A stretch of 64,000 bases of DNA from assembly GCA_045577985.1 (NCBI GenBank), contig JAZNJJ010000024.1:82041-146040 (forward strand). The letters run 5' to 3'. Every line of letters starts with the position of its first letter. Within the stretch, counting starts at the first letter, position 1. Position numbers and translations under genes: made by a program. Of the stretch, positions 41,268-52,109 are shown piece by piece. The stretch comes from Alphaproteobacteria bacterium. GTDB taxonomy: Bacteria; Pseudomonadota; Alphaproteobacteria; RF32; CAG-239. The notes beneath the pieces were generated by a model that was not told where the DNA came from, searched no databases, and saw nothing but the letters and a program-made list of their open reading frames with translations.

Positions 41268-42809
41268 TTAATCTAAGAATTTAGAGGTATCAATATTCCA
41301 TATATTTTCTCTATCGGTCATTTGTTGAGAAATATTTTCAGCTACTGCGATACCACTTAAAACTACATGGTCTATATTAATGTATTTATGCATACCAGCT
41401 CGACCGATTAAATATAAATTATTTATGCTATCTGTATAGTTTTTTAATACGTCAAAGTTTTTATAACTTCCAAAGTATGCGGGATATGCCTTTTCTAATT
41501 TTGCGGAGGTTACATCAATAACATCTTTTTCTTCAATAATTCCTATTTTAGAGGCTTCTTTAATAGCAAGTTGTTCAAATTCATTATTAGGCATTGTCCA
41601 TATTTTATCGTTGTCTCCTCCAAAATACTCGAATCCAATCCATACTTTATTTGTATCATTAACCAGATATGGTGACCAATTGTTGTATAACTGCATTCGT
41701 CCCATTAATACATCACTTTCTTGGATATACACCCATGTATCAGGTAAAATATTATTGACCGTTTTTATCTTACCAGTATTTTTTATTTTTAATTTATCAA
41801 GTAATACAGCGGCAGATCTAAAGTTTCTATACATTAAACCGTCAGATACTTTTTTTACATCGGAAGGAATGTCATTCATCATATTGAATAAATTTTGCAT
41901 TGGTAATGATGAAATTATGTAATCTGCTTGTAAAACTTCCTCTTCATTTTTAGAATTGCGAATCGTGATTGATTTAATGATTTTATTTTCTGAATGGATT
42001 TTAATTACTTCACAATTTAGTCTTATTTCTCCACCTAGGGATTCTATTTGGTCTGTTACGATATTCCATATTTGTCCTGGTCCCAATTTTGGGTATAAAA
42101 ATGGATCTTCTGGTTTAGGTTTTCTTATAAATATATTTTTTATTAAAGATATGACTGTTTCCCAAAAATAAATACCTCTAATCCGCTCTCTACCCCATTC
42201 AGCGGATATTTCTTTACATTCTATACCCCATAATTTTTCAGTATATTCTTTGAAGAATGTTTTGTATAATTCTTTTCCAAATGTATTTATTAAAAAATCT
42301 TCAGCGGTTTTTTCGGGCTTAATTTTAAATAATTTTGCTTTTGTGTATGACAAAAATATTTTAGTCATACGTATTATACCTAAGCCCCAAATTGTAGCGA
42401 AGTTAATTGATACAGGATAATCAAAAAATTTACGCAAATAATAAATTCTTGTAAATTTAAAACGTTTTAACATTACGTTATCTTCTTTTTCAGGATCAGC
42501 ACTATAATGTTCGTTTGTTTGAAGTTTTAAATCGCGGTTTAGTATTATGTCATCTTTAGATGGTGATGTTTGCAATGGTAAGAATTGTAACCACCAATTT
42601 TTTACTTTGTTGAATTTAGTAAAGTAACGATGTCCACCTATATCCATTATATTCCCTTTGTAATGTACAGATACGCACATTCCTCCAGTTGTATCAGATT
42701 TTTCGAGAATAATTGGTTTAATGTCTGTTTTTTTTAATAGTTCATATGCAGCTGTTAATCCAGCTGGGCCACCACCAATAATTAATGCTATTTTTTTATT
42801 CTCTGACAT
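41268..42809 (-). CDS. FAD/NAD(P)-binding oxidoreductase (amine-oxidase/desaturase-like fold)
   Basis: N-terminal dinucleotide-binding motif [18 protein letters not shown] and a C-terminal flavin-binding region. Confidence 0.6.
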   Translation of the reverse strand: MSENKKIALIIGGGPAGLTAAYELLKKTDIKPIILEKSDTTGGMCVSVHYKGNIMDIGGHRYFTKFNKVKNWWLQFLPLQTSPSKDDIILNRDLKLQTNEHYSADPEKEDNVMLKRFKFTRIYYLRKFFDYPVSINFATIWGLGIIRMTKIFLSYTKAKLFKIKPEKTAEDFLINTFGKELYKTFFKEYTEKLWGIECKEISAEWGRERIRGIYFWETVISLIKNIFIRKPKPEDPFLYPKLGPGQIWNIVTDQIESLGGEIRLNCEVIKIHSENKIIKSITIRNSKNEEEVLQADYIISSLPMQNLFNMMNDIPSDVKKVSDGLMYRNFRSAAVLLDKLKIKNTGKIKTVNNILPDTWVYIQESDVLMGRMQLYNNWSPYLVNDTNKVWIGFEYFGGDNDKIWTMPNNEFEQLAIKEASKIGIIEEKDVIDVTSAKLEKAYPAYFGSYKNFDVLKNYTDSINNLYLIGRAGMHKYINIDHVVLSGIAVAENISQQMTDRENIWNIDTSKFLD

Positions 42810-42949
42810 AATTTTTCTCCATAAATATGTTTTTATTTTAAGGCGAAATATTTAATATATTCTAAAAATTATGAGGAAACAAAAAGATTGAATGTTTTTT
42901 TTAATTATGATATAATCATAGTGTTAAACGTAATTTTTTATATATATTT

Positions 42950-43600
42950 ATGGCAAAAAAGATTTTTTTCTTTGTTTTAGCGACCGTCGTTGGTATTTCA
43001 TCGATTTTCGGTCAGTCGTTTACACAGGTCAAGACGACAATGAAGTACAAAAAAGCGTTTTATGTTTGTACTGCTGATACTCTGTTTGAGGTTAGTGCCT
43101 GCAAGTATTCAGTGGTGTCAAAATCACCTCGCGATTTTTATATCGCGGAATTTAATTCTACTAAAGATGGCTTTAGGGTGGTGGTTCATAAAAATGAATT
43201 TTTGTCAGAACTTACTACTATTGATTCTTTGGGGATATCCAATGATCAGGTCGTAGAGGTTTATTTGGCTAATGATAGTGTATATCGAACTAAGAATGAA
43301 AAGTGGTTGGAGACCAGTGTCGGGCAAAGTGTTGTTCATACAAAAATTTTATGTTCTCAACGCTCCTTTGAACGGTATCGTACTATTACAGAAGATGAAC
43401 GTGTCTCTTTTAAGGAAAATATTCCAGATAAAGTTGCACCATATGCTTTTCCAGGTGTTTCACCTATGGCAACAAAAGCATCTACCGATAAAAAACAATC
43501 TGTAGTAACTCCTGTAAATGCGAATCGATCTTCAAGGAAAGGTAAGGAAAAAAGCGTAACTTATGAGGTTTTAAAACAAGTTAACCTCATTGAAAGTTAG
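42950..43600 (+). CDS. hypothetical secreted protein (216 aa) with locally higher G+C
   Basis: Signal peptide MAKKIFFFVLATVVGISSIFGQ and no recognised domain. GC-ending codons (gtc, tcg, cgc, acg) are visibly more frequent than in neighbouring genes. Confidence 0.5.
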   Translation: MAKKIFFFVLATVVGISSIFGQSFTQVKTTMKYKKAFYVCTADTLFEVSACKYSVVSKSPRDFYIAEFNSTKDGFRVVVHKNEFLSELTTIDSLGISNDQVVEVYLANDSVYRTKNEKWLETSVGQSVVHTKILCSQRSFERYRTITEDERVSFKENIPDKVAPYAFPGVSPMATKASTDKKQSVVTPVNANRSSRKGKEKSVTYEVLKQVNLIES

Positions 43601-43901
43601 TGTTTGATCGCTCATGTCTATTTTATATAGAGATGAGCGATTTGTTTTTAATAAGCACAATAGGTGTGAATGTTTCTATATTGTAAAAATACTATAACCT
43701 ATAAATTAATTAATTTGGTTAAAACTATTGACCTTTATGAAAAATTGATGTATTTTTCCTTGAGTTAATTAAAAGAGATTAAAAGATGAGAAATTTTTTT
43801 ATACATTTAACTATTAATATTATCCCTTAGGGGATTATGGCATCTTTTACATAAAATAATTTAATCTAAATTTTAATCATTAATTTTATAGGTATTCGAA
43901 T

Positions 43902-46900
43902 ATGACTAAATACTATGCTGAAGTAAAAGCAAAACCTGATTTTGTAGAATTAGAAAAAGAAGTTTTGAAATTTTGGGAAGAAGATAAAACATTTGAAAAA
44001 TCTGTTAAAAATAGAGACGGGGCGGCAGAATTTGTGTTTTATGATGGTCCTCCTTTTGCAAATGGTACTCCACATTATGGACATATAATGGTGTCATATG
44101 TTAAAGATGTTGTTGCTCGTTTTCAGACAATGAATGGAAAAAAAGTTGAAAGAAGACTAGGTTGGGATTGTCATGGATTACCAGCTGAAATGGCTGCAGA
44201 AAAGCAATTAGGTGTTTCAGGTCGTAAACAAATTGAAGAATATGGTGTTGAAAAATTTAATAATTTCTGTCGTTCTGATGTTTTAAAATATTCTGGAATT
44301 TGGGTCGATATGTTCAAACGTATTGGTCGTTGGGTTGATTTTAATAATGACTATAAAACAATGAATTTATCATTTATGGAAAGTGTTATTCACAATTTTA
44401 AATCACTTTATGATAAGGGTTTAGTTTATGAAGATTATCGCGTTTTGCCATATTCATGGGCAGCAGAAACACCTCTATCTAATTTTGAAGTAAATTTAGG
44501 ATATAAAGATAAAACGGATAATGCTATAACCGTTCTTTTTAAGTTGGAAAACGGTCAAAAAATTTTGGTTTGGACAACAACTCCTTGGACGTTGCCATCA
44601 AATTTAATGTTGGCTGTTGGAGAAGATATTGATTATGTAATTATGGAAGAAAATGGTGAGCAATATATTCTCGCAGAAGCTCGTTTAGCAAGTTATAAAA
44701 AACAATTAGAAAATGCAACATTAGTAGGCAGAATTAAAGGTTCTGATTTATTAGGAATGTCTTATGAACCAATGTTCGGGTATTTTGCTAATTTAAAAGA
44801 AAAAGGTGCATTTAAGGTGTTGGCGGGTGAGTTTGTCTCTACCGAAGATGGTACGGGAGTGGTTCATATTGCTCCGGGATTTGGTCAAGATGACTTTGAT
44901 GCATGTAGAATGTATGATGAAAATTTCCCTGTTGTATGTCCAGTTGATGAAGCTGGAAAATTTACGTCAGAGGTTTCTGATTATGAGGGAATGCAAGTTT
45001 TTGAAACAAATGAACCAATTATGCAAATGTTAAAGGCAAATGGTTTGTTAGTGAAAAAAGAACAATATACACATTCATATCCATTTTGTTGGAGAACAGA
45101 TACTCCTTTGATTTACAAGGCAATGAGTTCTTGGTTTGTTAAAGTTACTGACTTTAGAGATGATATGGTTAAGAATAATCAAGAAATTAATTGGATACCA
45201 GGACATATTAAGGATGGACGTTTCGGAAAATGGTTAGAAGGGGCAAGAGATTGGTCTATTTCAAGAAATCGCTTTTGGGGTACTCCTATTCCTGTGTGGA
45301 AATCTGATAATCCTAAATTTCCAAGAGTTGATGTTTTCGGTTCTATTGCGGAGTTGAAAGAAAAAACAGGTTTTGATGTTACGGATTTACATAAACCTTA
45401 TATTGATGATGTTGTTTATCCAAATCCTGATGATAAAAGTGGTCAAACGATGATGCGTAGAGTAAGTGATGTTTTCGATTGTTGGTTCGAATCAGGTTCT
45501 ATGCCTTACGCTCAAGTACATTATCCTTTTGAAAATAAAGAATGGTTTGAAAATCATTTTCCTGCGGATTTTATTGTTGAAGCAATCGATCAAACTAGAG
45601 GATGGTTTTATACATTAACAGTATTATCTACAGCTTTACATAATAAACCTGCTTTTAAGAACTGTATTTGTACAGGTTTATTAATGGCAGAAGGAGGACA
45701 AAAATTATCTAAAAGATTGAAGAATTATCCTGATCCAAATGATATTTTAGATACAATAGGTTCGGAAGCTTTGCGTTGGTTCTTAGTTTCATCTCCGGTA
45801 TTAAAAGGCGGTAATCTCGCCGTTGACAAAGAAGGAAAAGAAATTGCAAAAGCATCAAGAGCAGCTATGATACCTTTGTGGAATGCTTTTTATTTCTTTA
45901 CTTTATATGCAAACGCAGAAGATTATAAAGCAAAAGAGATTTCTTCATCTACAGAACCTATGGATAATTATATTTTATCTAAACTTAAAAAATTATCTCA
46001 AGTTACTAAGCATGGATTAGAAACTTATGATGTTTCTTTGGCATGCTCTGAAATCGTTAAATTTATGGAAATTTTAAATAACTGGTATATACGTCGTACA
46101 CGTGAACGTTTTTGGGAAGGTGATGCTCAAGCTTTTGATACTTTATATACGGTTTTAGTAAATGTTAGTAAATTGATAGCTCCTTTGATGCCATTTATTA
46201 GTGAATACATTTATAAAAATTTAACTAAGGAAAATTCTGTACATTTGTGTGATTATCCAATGTTAGATAATATTGTTACAGATGAAAAATTAATGGTGGA
46301 TATGGATTTTGTTCAGGATTTATGTTCTACAGGTAAATTTATTCGTGAGGAAAAGAATTTACGAAATCGTTTGCCTTTAGCAAGTCTGACAATTATAGGT
46401 GCGACTTTATCTTCTGAATATAAAGAAATTGTTAAAGATGAATTGAATGTTAAAGATGTTAAATTTGATGATAATTTATCTAATTATGCTTCAAAAAATG
46501 TTTATCTATACACACCTCTTTTAGGTAAAACTTTGGGTAAAGATATGGGGGCTGTTATGGCAGCATATAAACAAGGTAAATGGTTATTAAATGATGACGG
46601 CACTTTGTTGATTGCAGAAAAGACTTTAACTCCAGATTTGTTTGAAGTTAGACTGGATATGAAAGAAGGCGTGGCAGGTCAGGCATTTAATAATAACAAG
46701 GCTGTTTTAACTTTAGATACAGTTGTTACAGATGAATTAAAGCGCGAAGGAATGGCTCGTGATTTTGTTCGTTTAATACAAACACTTCGTAAAGATAAAG
46801 ATTTTAATATTTCAGATAGAATAGAATTGAATTACCAAACTTCTGATGCTGAATTAGCGAAAGCTTTATTGGAAAATGAAAAGTATATTTCAGAACAAGT

Positions 46901-46991
46901 TTTGGCAGTTAAAGTTGTTTCTAATTGTGATTCACAAAATTCTGCTGAAATTGATGGCGCTGTTGTGTATTTTGATGCAAAAGTTGCATAA
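43902..46991 (+). CDS. ileS: isoleucine--tRNA ligase, eukaryote/archaeal-like type 2
   Basis: 1029 aa with N-terminus YDGPPFANGTPHYGH and a KMSKS-class KLSKR motif; this is the type 2 (mupirocin-insensitive-like) architecture. Confidence 0.95.
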   Translation: MTKYYAEVKAKPDFVELEKEVLKFWEEDKTFEKSVKNRDGAAEFVFYDGPPFANGTPHYGHIMVSYVKDVVARFQTMNGKKVERRLGWDCHGLPAEMAAEKQLGVSGRKQIEEYGVEKFNNFCRSDVLKYSGIWVDMFKRIGRWVDFNNDYKTMNLSFMESVIHNFKSLYDKGLVYEDYRVLPYSWAAETPLSNFEVNLGYKDKTDNAITVLFKLENGQKILVWTTTPWTLPSNLMLAVGEDIDYVIMEENGEQYILAEARLASYKKQLENATLVGRIKGSDLLGMSYEPMFGYFANLKEKGAFKVLAGEFVSTEDGTGVVHIAPGFGQDDFDACRMYDENFPVVCPVDEAGKFTSEVSDYEGMQVFETNEPIMQMLKANGLLVKKEQYTHSYPFCWRTDTPLIYKAMSSWFVKVTDFRDDMVKNNQEINWIPGHIKDGRFGKWLEGARDWSISRNRFWGTPIPVWKSDNPKFPRVDVFGSIAELKEKTGFDVTDLHKPYIDDVVYPNPDDKSGQTMMRRVSDVFDCWFESGSMPYAQVHYPFENKEWFENHFPADFIVEAIDQTRGWFYTLTVLSTALHNKPAFKNCICTGLLMAEGGQKLSKRLKNYPDPNDILDTIGSEALRWFLVSSPVLKGGNLAVDKEGKEIAKASRAAMIPLWNAFYFFTLYANAEDYKAKEISSSTEPMDNYILSKLKKLSQVTKHGLETYDVSLACSEIVKFMEILNNWYIRRTRERFWEGDAQAFDTLYTVLVNVSKLIAPLMPFISEYIYKNLTKENSVHLCDYPMLDNIVTDEKLMVDMDFVQDLCSTGKFIREEKNLRNRLPLASLTIIGATLSSEYKEIVKDELNVKDVKFDDNLSNYASKNVYLYTPLLGKTLGKDMGAVMAAYKQGKWLLNDDGTLLIAEKTLTPDLFEVRLDMKEGVAGQAFNNNKAVLTLDTVVTDELKREGMARDFVRLIQTLRKDKDFNISDRIELNYQTSDAELAKALLENEKYISEQVLAVKVVSNCDSQNSAEIDGAVVYFDAKVA

Positions 46992-47002
46992 ATTGTAATA
47001 AT

Positions 47003-47037
47003 AACCTCCTTCTAAGCAAACTATAGAAGGAGGTTAT
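47003..47037. terminator. bidirectional terminator hairpin taacctccttctaagcaaactatagaaggaggtta between convergent ileS and acpS
   Basis: 12-bp perfect stem with an A/T-rich flank on both sides. Confidence 0.6.
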
Positions 47038-47039
47038 TA

Positions 47040-47432
47040 TTATTTTTCAATTATGACAACAGCTTGAGCATATGGATAGTCATCACTTAAAGTTATATGT
47101 AAGTTATATTTGGGGGACATTTTTTGTAATATATTTAGAGCTTCTCCCGCTATTTTTAATTCTGGCTTTCCAAGATTGTTGTGTATAATCTGGATATCTT
47201 TTAAATATATGCCATTTCGAAATCCTGTACCTAATGCTTTTGAGAAGGCTTCTTTTCCGGCATAATATTTTGCTAGAGAACAGGCTAATTCTTTGTATGT
47301 AATAGGTCCGATATTATTTAATTCTGATAGTTCTTCTGTTCCTAGAATTTTATTTTTGAAACGCTCTAAAAAATCAGCAGATTTTGTTATTCTTTCAATG
47401 TTAGTAATATCACATCCAATTCCAATTATCAT
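47040..47432 (-). CDS. acpS: holo-[acyl-carrier-protein] synthase
   Basis: N-terminal MIIGIGCDI motif, length of about 130 aa. Confidence 0.8.
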   Translation of the reverse strand: MIIGIGCDITNIERITKSADFLERFKNKILGTEELSELNNIGPITYKELACSLAKYYAGKEAFSKALGTGFRNGIYLKDIQIIHNNLGKPELKIAGEALNILQKMSPKYNLHITLSDDYPYAQAVVIIEK

Positions 47433-47947
47433 TATGAAGCACTTTCTTTTATTTGTTGAGATTGTTTACGAGTTTGAATTTTTTCCATAGTTTTTTTAAT
47501 TAATAGATAAGACGATAACCATGAGATAATATAATAAGGAATACAACCTATCATCATTGGAAAAATTATAGGCCATACATCTTTACCAAAATTTTTAAAA
47601 TTTAAATTCAATAAAGAATCTGTTGCTATTTTAAATGTATGTAAGAAATCTATATTGTTATTTCCTTCAAGTCCTAAGAAAAATTGCCCTGTATATAAAA
47701 CAGATATCCAAATAAAAGGAAAGGTCCAAGGATTGCCTATTAATGTTCCGATAGCAGAGGATATAATATTTCCCCTAATTAACCATGATGTTGCTGCGGC
47801 TAATATAATATGAAAACCGACGAAAGGTGTAAATGATATTGCTACACCGCAAGCAAAACCAGCGGCTATAGAGTATGGTGTTCCATGTAATTTTTTCAAA
47901 TTAATAAGTATTTTTTTACTATATTTATTGTAATATTTTGTTATCAC
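47432..47947 (-). CDS. small integral membrane protein (possibly DUF2062-like)
   Basis: Four predicted TM helices; its start overlaps the acpS stop. Confidence 0.4.
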   Translation of the reverse strand: MITKYYNKYSKKILINLKKLHGTPYSIAAGFACGVAISFTPFVGFHIILAAATSWLIRGNIISSAIGTLIGNPWTFPFIWISVLYTGQFFLGLEGNNNIDFLHTFKIATDSLLNLNFKNFGKDVWPIIFPMMIGCIPYYIISWLSSYLLIKKTMEKIQTRKQSQQIKESAS

Positions 47948-47956
47948 AATGTACCT

Positions 47957-50095
47957 CTATTTTGTTGCTCTAGCTACGTAACTAATGGATTTAGAAGCTT
48001 TTAGAGCTAATACCAAACTGTTTAATTGATCAACATTTCTTACTTCAATATCTAAAAGTATTTCAAAATAACTTAATGTTCGGTACGTAATATTCAAGTT
48101 TATAATATTAGATTCTGTTTTAGCTACAATATTTGCAACATCTGCTAATGCTCCAGGTTCATTGCTTAGCATGAGTTTTAATCGTGCTGTGTGTTTTTCA
48201 TTTTCAGCATCTACACCCCATTCTATATCTAACCAGCGTTCAGGTTCTTTTTCATAATTTTTTAGTGATGGGCAATCAATTGTATGTATGGTAACTCCTT
48301 TTCCAGTGGTAACAATACCAACAATTCTATCTCCAGGAAGCGGGTGACAACATCCGGCAAAATGTACAGCCATACCATCAATTAATCCTTTTATTTTTAA
48401 TGCATCTTTTTTGGAATTTTCTTTTTTGAAACCTGGTAACTTAAACGAATTAACCATTTTTTCCAGTTTTGATTGTTTGTATGCAGGATGAACTGCTCTT
48501 AAAACATCCCAACCAGTGATTAAACCTTCTCCAACTTTGGCATAAATATCGTCAACAGTTTCGGCTTCAAAATTTGATAAAACATTTACTAATCCTTTTT
48601 CAGAAAAATCCTGATCTTCAGATTTAAATAATTTTTCTAATATTTCTTTACCTAATGTTATGAATTGTTCTCTTTTATTTATTCGTATATATCTGCGAAT
48701 TGCGGCTTTTGCCTTACCTGTAACAACGAATCTATCCCATTCCAATGACGGATGTTGATTTTTTGCGGTGAGGACTTCTACTTGATCACCATTTTGGAGA
48801 ATTGTTCTAAGGGGTTTTATTTCACCATTTATTTTAGCTCCAACACAAGTATCTCCAACATTAGAATGGACAGCGTAAGCAAAATCTACGGGGGTTGAGC
48901 CCATCGGTAAACCTATAAGATCTCCTTTAGGTGTAAAACAAAATACTTGATCGTTATACATTTCAAGTTTTGTATTCTCAAGAAATTCGTCAGGATTTTG
49001 GGCCTGATCAAGAATTTCAAGAAGTTCACGAATCCAGCGAAAATTTTTCCCTTCAGTTCTTTGGCCTTGTTTATATGCCCAGTGAGCAGCAACACCTTTT
49101 TCATTAACTTCATGCATTTCATATGTGCGAATTTGAACCTCAATGCGGACATCAAATGGGCCGATTACACCAGTATGAAGTGATTGATAACCATTAGGTT
49201 TTGGGGTGGAAATATAGTCTTTGAAACGTCTAGGAACCATATGATATTTACTATGAATTATTCCGAGAGCTTGATAACAATCAGCAACAGAATTTACACA
49301 AATTCGAAATGCCATAATATCTGAAAGTTGTTCGAAAGATGCGTTTTTTAACTGCATTTTTCGCCATATAGAATAAGGGGCTTTTTCTCTTCCTGTTATG
49401 GAACAGTGAATGCCATTATCATTCATATCCTTTTCTAATTGCTTTAATATTTTAGGAACAACATCGTTACCTTGTTCACGTAAGAAATTTAGTCTGGCAA
49501 CAATCGAATCGTGAGCTTCTTTATATAATTCGGCAAATGCAATATCATCCATTTCTTCTTTAATTTCTTGCATTCCGATACGTTCTGCAAGAGGGGCATA
49601 TATATCAAGTGTTTCTTTTGCTATGCGCGCTCTTTTCTCTGGAGCACAGAAATGCAATGTACGCATATTATGTAGTCTGTCAGCCAATTTTATCAATAAA
49701 ACACGGATATCTTCAGACATTGCGAGCAATAGTTTGCGAAAGTTTTCAGCCTGTTTACTGGAACCGGATTTTTGTTCGATCATTGCTAATTTTGTTAGAC
49801 CATCAACTAATTGGGCAACTTGATCACCAAAAAGATTTTTTATTTCATCTAATGTTGTATCTGTATCTTCTACAGTATCATGTAGTAAAGCTGCAATTAT
49901 TGAGGCACAATCTAAACGAAAACGTGTTAAAATACCTGCGACTTCAATCGGATGAGAGTAATATGGATCTCCAGATGTTCTTAATTGTGAACCATGTTTT
50001 TTTAATGCAAAAACATATGCTCTGTTTAAAGCATCTTCGTCTGCATATGGATCATAAGACTTTACTAAATCAACTAATTCATATTGTCGTAACAT
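47957..50095 (-). CDS. spoT: bifunctional (p)ppGpp synthetase/hydrolase RelA/SpoT family
   Basis: HD hydrolase motif HDTVEDT, synthetase domain, and TGS and ACT C-terminal domains in a full-length 712-aa protein. Confidence 0.9.
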   Translation of the reverse strand: MLRQYELVDLVKSYDPYADEDALNRAYVFALKKHGSQLRTSGDPYYSHPIEVAGILTRFRLDCASIIAALLHDTVEDTDTTLDEIKNLFGDQVAQLVDGLTKLAMIEQKSGSSKQAENFRKLLLAMSEDIRVLLIKLADRLHNMRTLHFCAPEKRARIAKETLDIYAPLAERIGMQEIKEEMDDIAFAELYKEAHDSIVARLNFLREQGNDVVPKILKQLEKDMNDNGIHCSITGREKAPYSIWRKMQLKNASFEQLSDIMAFRICVNSVADCYQALGIIHSKYHMVPRRFKDYISTPKPNGYQSLHTGVIGPFDVRIEVQIRTYEMHEVNEKGVAAHWAYKQGQRTEGKNFRWIRELLEILDQAQNPDEFLENTKLEMYNDQVFCFTPKGDLIGLPMGSTPVDFAYAVHSNVGDTCVGAKINGEIKPLRTILQNGDQVEVLTAKNQHPSLEWDRFVVTGKAKAAIRRYIRINKREQFITLGKEILEKLFKSEDQDFSEKGLVNVLSNFEAETVDDIYAKVGEGLITGWDVLRAVHPAYKQSKLEKMVNSFKLPGFKKENSKKDALKIKGLIDGMAVHFAGCCHPLPGDRIVGIVTTGKGVTIHTIDCPSLKNYEKEPERWLDIEWGVDAENEKHTARLKLMLSNEPGALADVANIVAKTESNIINLNITYRTLSYFEILLDIEVRNVDQLNSLVLALKASKSISYVARATK

Positions 50096-50181
50096 CGTAT
50101 TCCTCTATTTAGAGATAAAAAAAGCAAAACATACTGACATTATAATATGCTTTGCTTTAATAATTGTTAATTTCAATTAAA

Positions 50182-50658
50182 TTAATCTATATCATCAAAT
50201 CCGTCATCACCGAAAGAATCATCTAATGAGTCATCACCAAAATCACTATCATCTAATTCAAGATCAGAACCTTCAGCATCTAAATCAATATCTTCATCAT
50301 CTCCATGAATTTGCATAACTTCGGTTAAATCCTCATCGCTGATCATATCACTAGAAAATTGTTCATCAAGATCAGACAATTCTTTTTCTGCAGCAAGAAT
50401 TTCAACTTCTTCATCTTCAGGTTCTTCAACTTCAACATAATGTTGTAATCCCATAACCAAAGATTTTTGTAAATCCTCAATACTAACTTTATTTTCTGAA
50501 ATTTCACGTAATGCAACAACAGAATTCTTATCATTATCTCTGTCTACGCACAAATGTGAACCAGCAGAAATATCTCTAGCTCTTTGAGCTGAGATTAAAA
50601 CTAAATCATAACGATTAGGAATTTTATCTATACAATCTTCAACAGTAACTCTTGCCAT
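50182..50658 (-). CDS. rpoZ: RNA polymerase omega subunit with an acidic C-terminal tail
   Basis: N-terminus [28 protein letters not shown], and its position upstream of spoT. Confidence 0.8.
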   Translation of the reverse strand: MARVTVEDCIDKIPNRYDLVLISAQRARDISAGSHLCVDRDNDKNSVVALREISENKVSIEDLQKSLVMGLQHYVEVEEPEDEEVEILAAEKELSDLDEQFSSDMISDEDLTEVMQIHGDDEDIDLDAEGSDLELDDSDFGDDSLDDSFGDDGFDDID

Positions 50659-50738
50659 TTTTTATACCTTCATATGAAATTATCTTTTAGATGTTTATAC
50701 ATAGTATATTTCTTAAATGCAACATATTTTTTATAAAA

Positions 50739-51980
50739 TTATGGAATTACAATAGGTGTTCCTGTGTAATGAGAGTTAAATTCAAATAATTTATCTCGCA
50801 ATGTGTAAATAAATGGTTTTACCGCTTCTATATCATTGTTATTTGTATTAAATATTTGTATTGTTGCTTCTATGAAATATTTATATTGTTGTTTTTCTTC
50901 TGGCGTATAATCATATGCATCTATCATTTCATATAAATAACCTTTTCTTAATAATCTTAATGTTGTTGCATAGGCATTGGAAATGTTTGCGACTCTGTAA
51001 GCTTTTATTGTTTTATCACAAGTATAGGCCCAATCATCAATGCCAAACGATTGTTCTCCTATAATATCTTGAAATTCGGATTGTAATCCTGTCCATTTTA
51101 TTTTTCGGGCAATTGTCTGACAAGGATTTACTAATCCTTTTAAAAAGGCTACATGAGTATTTGTTCCATTTTTTTCATCCCAATAATTTATTATAGGATC
51201 AATCATTATCATACGAATTTCATTTTTATTTGTAGCTTTGAATTTATGCAATCCATCTAATGTGGCCATAAAAGCTTTAACGTCGGCACTACTGAGAGGA
51301 GTATTTTTATCAGCGTAATAGTGGCGAATCCCGAGATTGGGTTCATTTTTATCATTGCCTAAAGCATAATCAGATACAGGGACTTTTTCTTTCACTTTTT
51401 TTATAAATTCCGGATTTATTCGTATCTTGTTTGTGTCTGGGGGGACATTTATTGGTTTGGGTATTTCTATTTTTTCCATGTCTTCACCCCAAAACAAAGG
51501 ACTTAAATATACGTACATAGCTGGAGAAGCAAATTCTATATCAGGGATTGACTGCATTCTTTTAGCAATTTTTTCTGGAAATTTATTTTTTGTTTCTTTT
51601 ATACCGGGCAAGTCTAAAATTTTGCCAGATAATCCCTTTGTTTGGTGTAATAATGGGCCAATATAAGGATACATTGATTTCGGCATACGTTTTATTGTTT
51701 GTAATATCTTTTCTTCGTCTGGATCATTTATTCTTTTTTCAATGGTTCCAAAATTAATGATGTTTTGTTTGAATTCCGTATCAAATATCGTTGGCATATC
51801 CCAACTGTATCGATATTTCCAATCATAATTTGAGTGTTTTCTTCTGTATTCTCTTTCTAATCGCCATATAAGAGGTAATTCTTCATTTAAATCTACGTCG
51901 TATAGATGTTCGTATTCTTTTAATTGTGCATTACATGGTATTGATATTAATAAAGCAATAAGAAAAAGTATTAAGTGCAT
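50739..51980 (-). CDS. hypothetical secreted protein (413 aa)
   Basis: Signal peptide MHLILFLIALLISIPCNAQ; no recognised domain. Confidence 0.5.
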   Translation of the reverse strand: MHLILFLIALLISIPCNAQLKEYEHLYDVDLNEELPLIWRLEREYRRKHSNYDWKYRYSWDMPTIFDTEFKQNIINFGTIEKRINDPDEEKILQTIKRMPKSMYPYIGPLLHQTKGLSGKILDLPGIKETKNKFPEKIAKRMQSIPDIEFASPAMYVYLSPLFWGEDMEKIEIPKPINVPPDTNKIRINPEFIKKVKEKVPVSDYALGNDKNEPNLGIRHYYADKNTPLSSADVKAFMATLDGLHKFKATNKNEIRMIMIDPIINYWDEKNGTNTHVAFLKGLVNPCQTIARKIKWTGLQSEFQDIIGEQSFGIDDWAYTCDKTIKAYRVANISNAYATTLRLLRKGYLYEMIDAYDYTPEEKQQYKYFIEATIQIFNTNNNDIEAVKPFIYTLRDKLFEFNSHYTGTPIVIP

Positions 51981-52109
51981 GACATTCTCCTTTACATCAT
52001 TATTCTAGCGGATAAATGTTAAAAAAAAATGATAAATTTAAAAATTATTACTAGACATAACTTAAAAAATTGGATAGACTTCGAAAAAAGTGTTTTCTGG
52101 AGGATATGA

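Noticed and set aside
43785-43829. A 14-codon Ile-rich mini-ORF (MRNFFIHLTINIIP) in the ileS leader, considered as an attenuation leader peptide.
   Set aside because: Ile codons (ATT/ATA/ATC) are inherently frequent in this AT-rich DNA. No terminator/antiterminator alternative hairpins follow it, and there is no RBS. It is probably chance.
51981-52109. CtrA-box-like TTAA-N7-TTAA matches in the gcrA and dcw promoter regions.
   Set aside because: In roughly 30% GC DNA such half-site pairs occur frequently by chance, and none was an exact, well-positioned match that I could verify.
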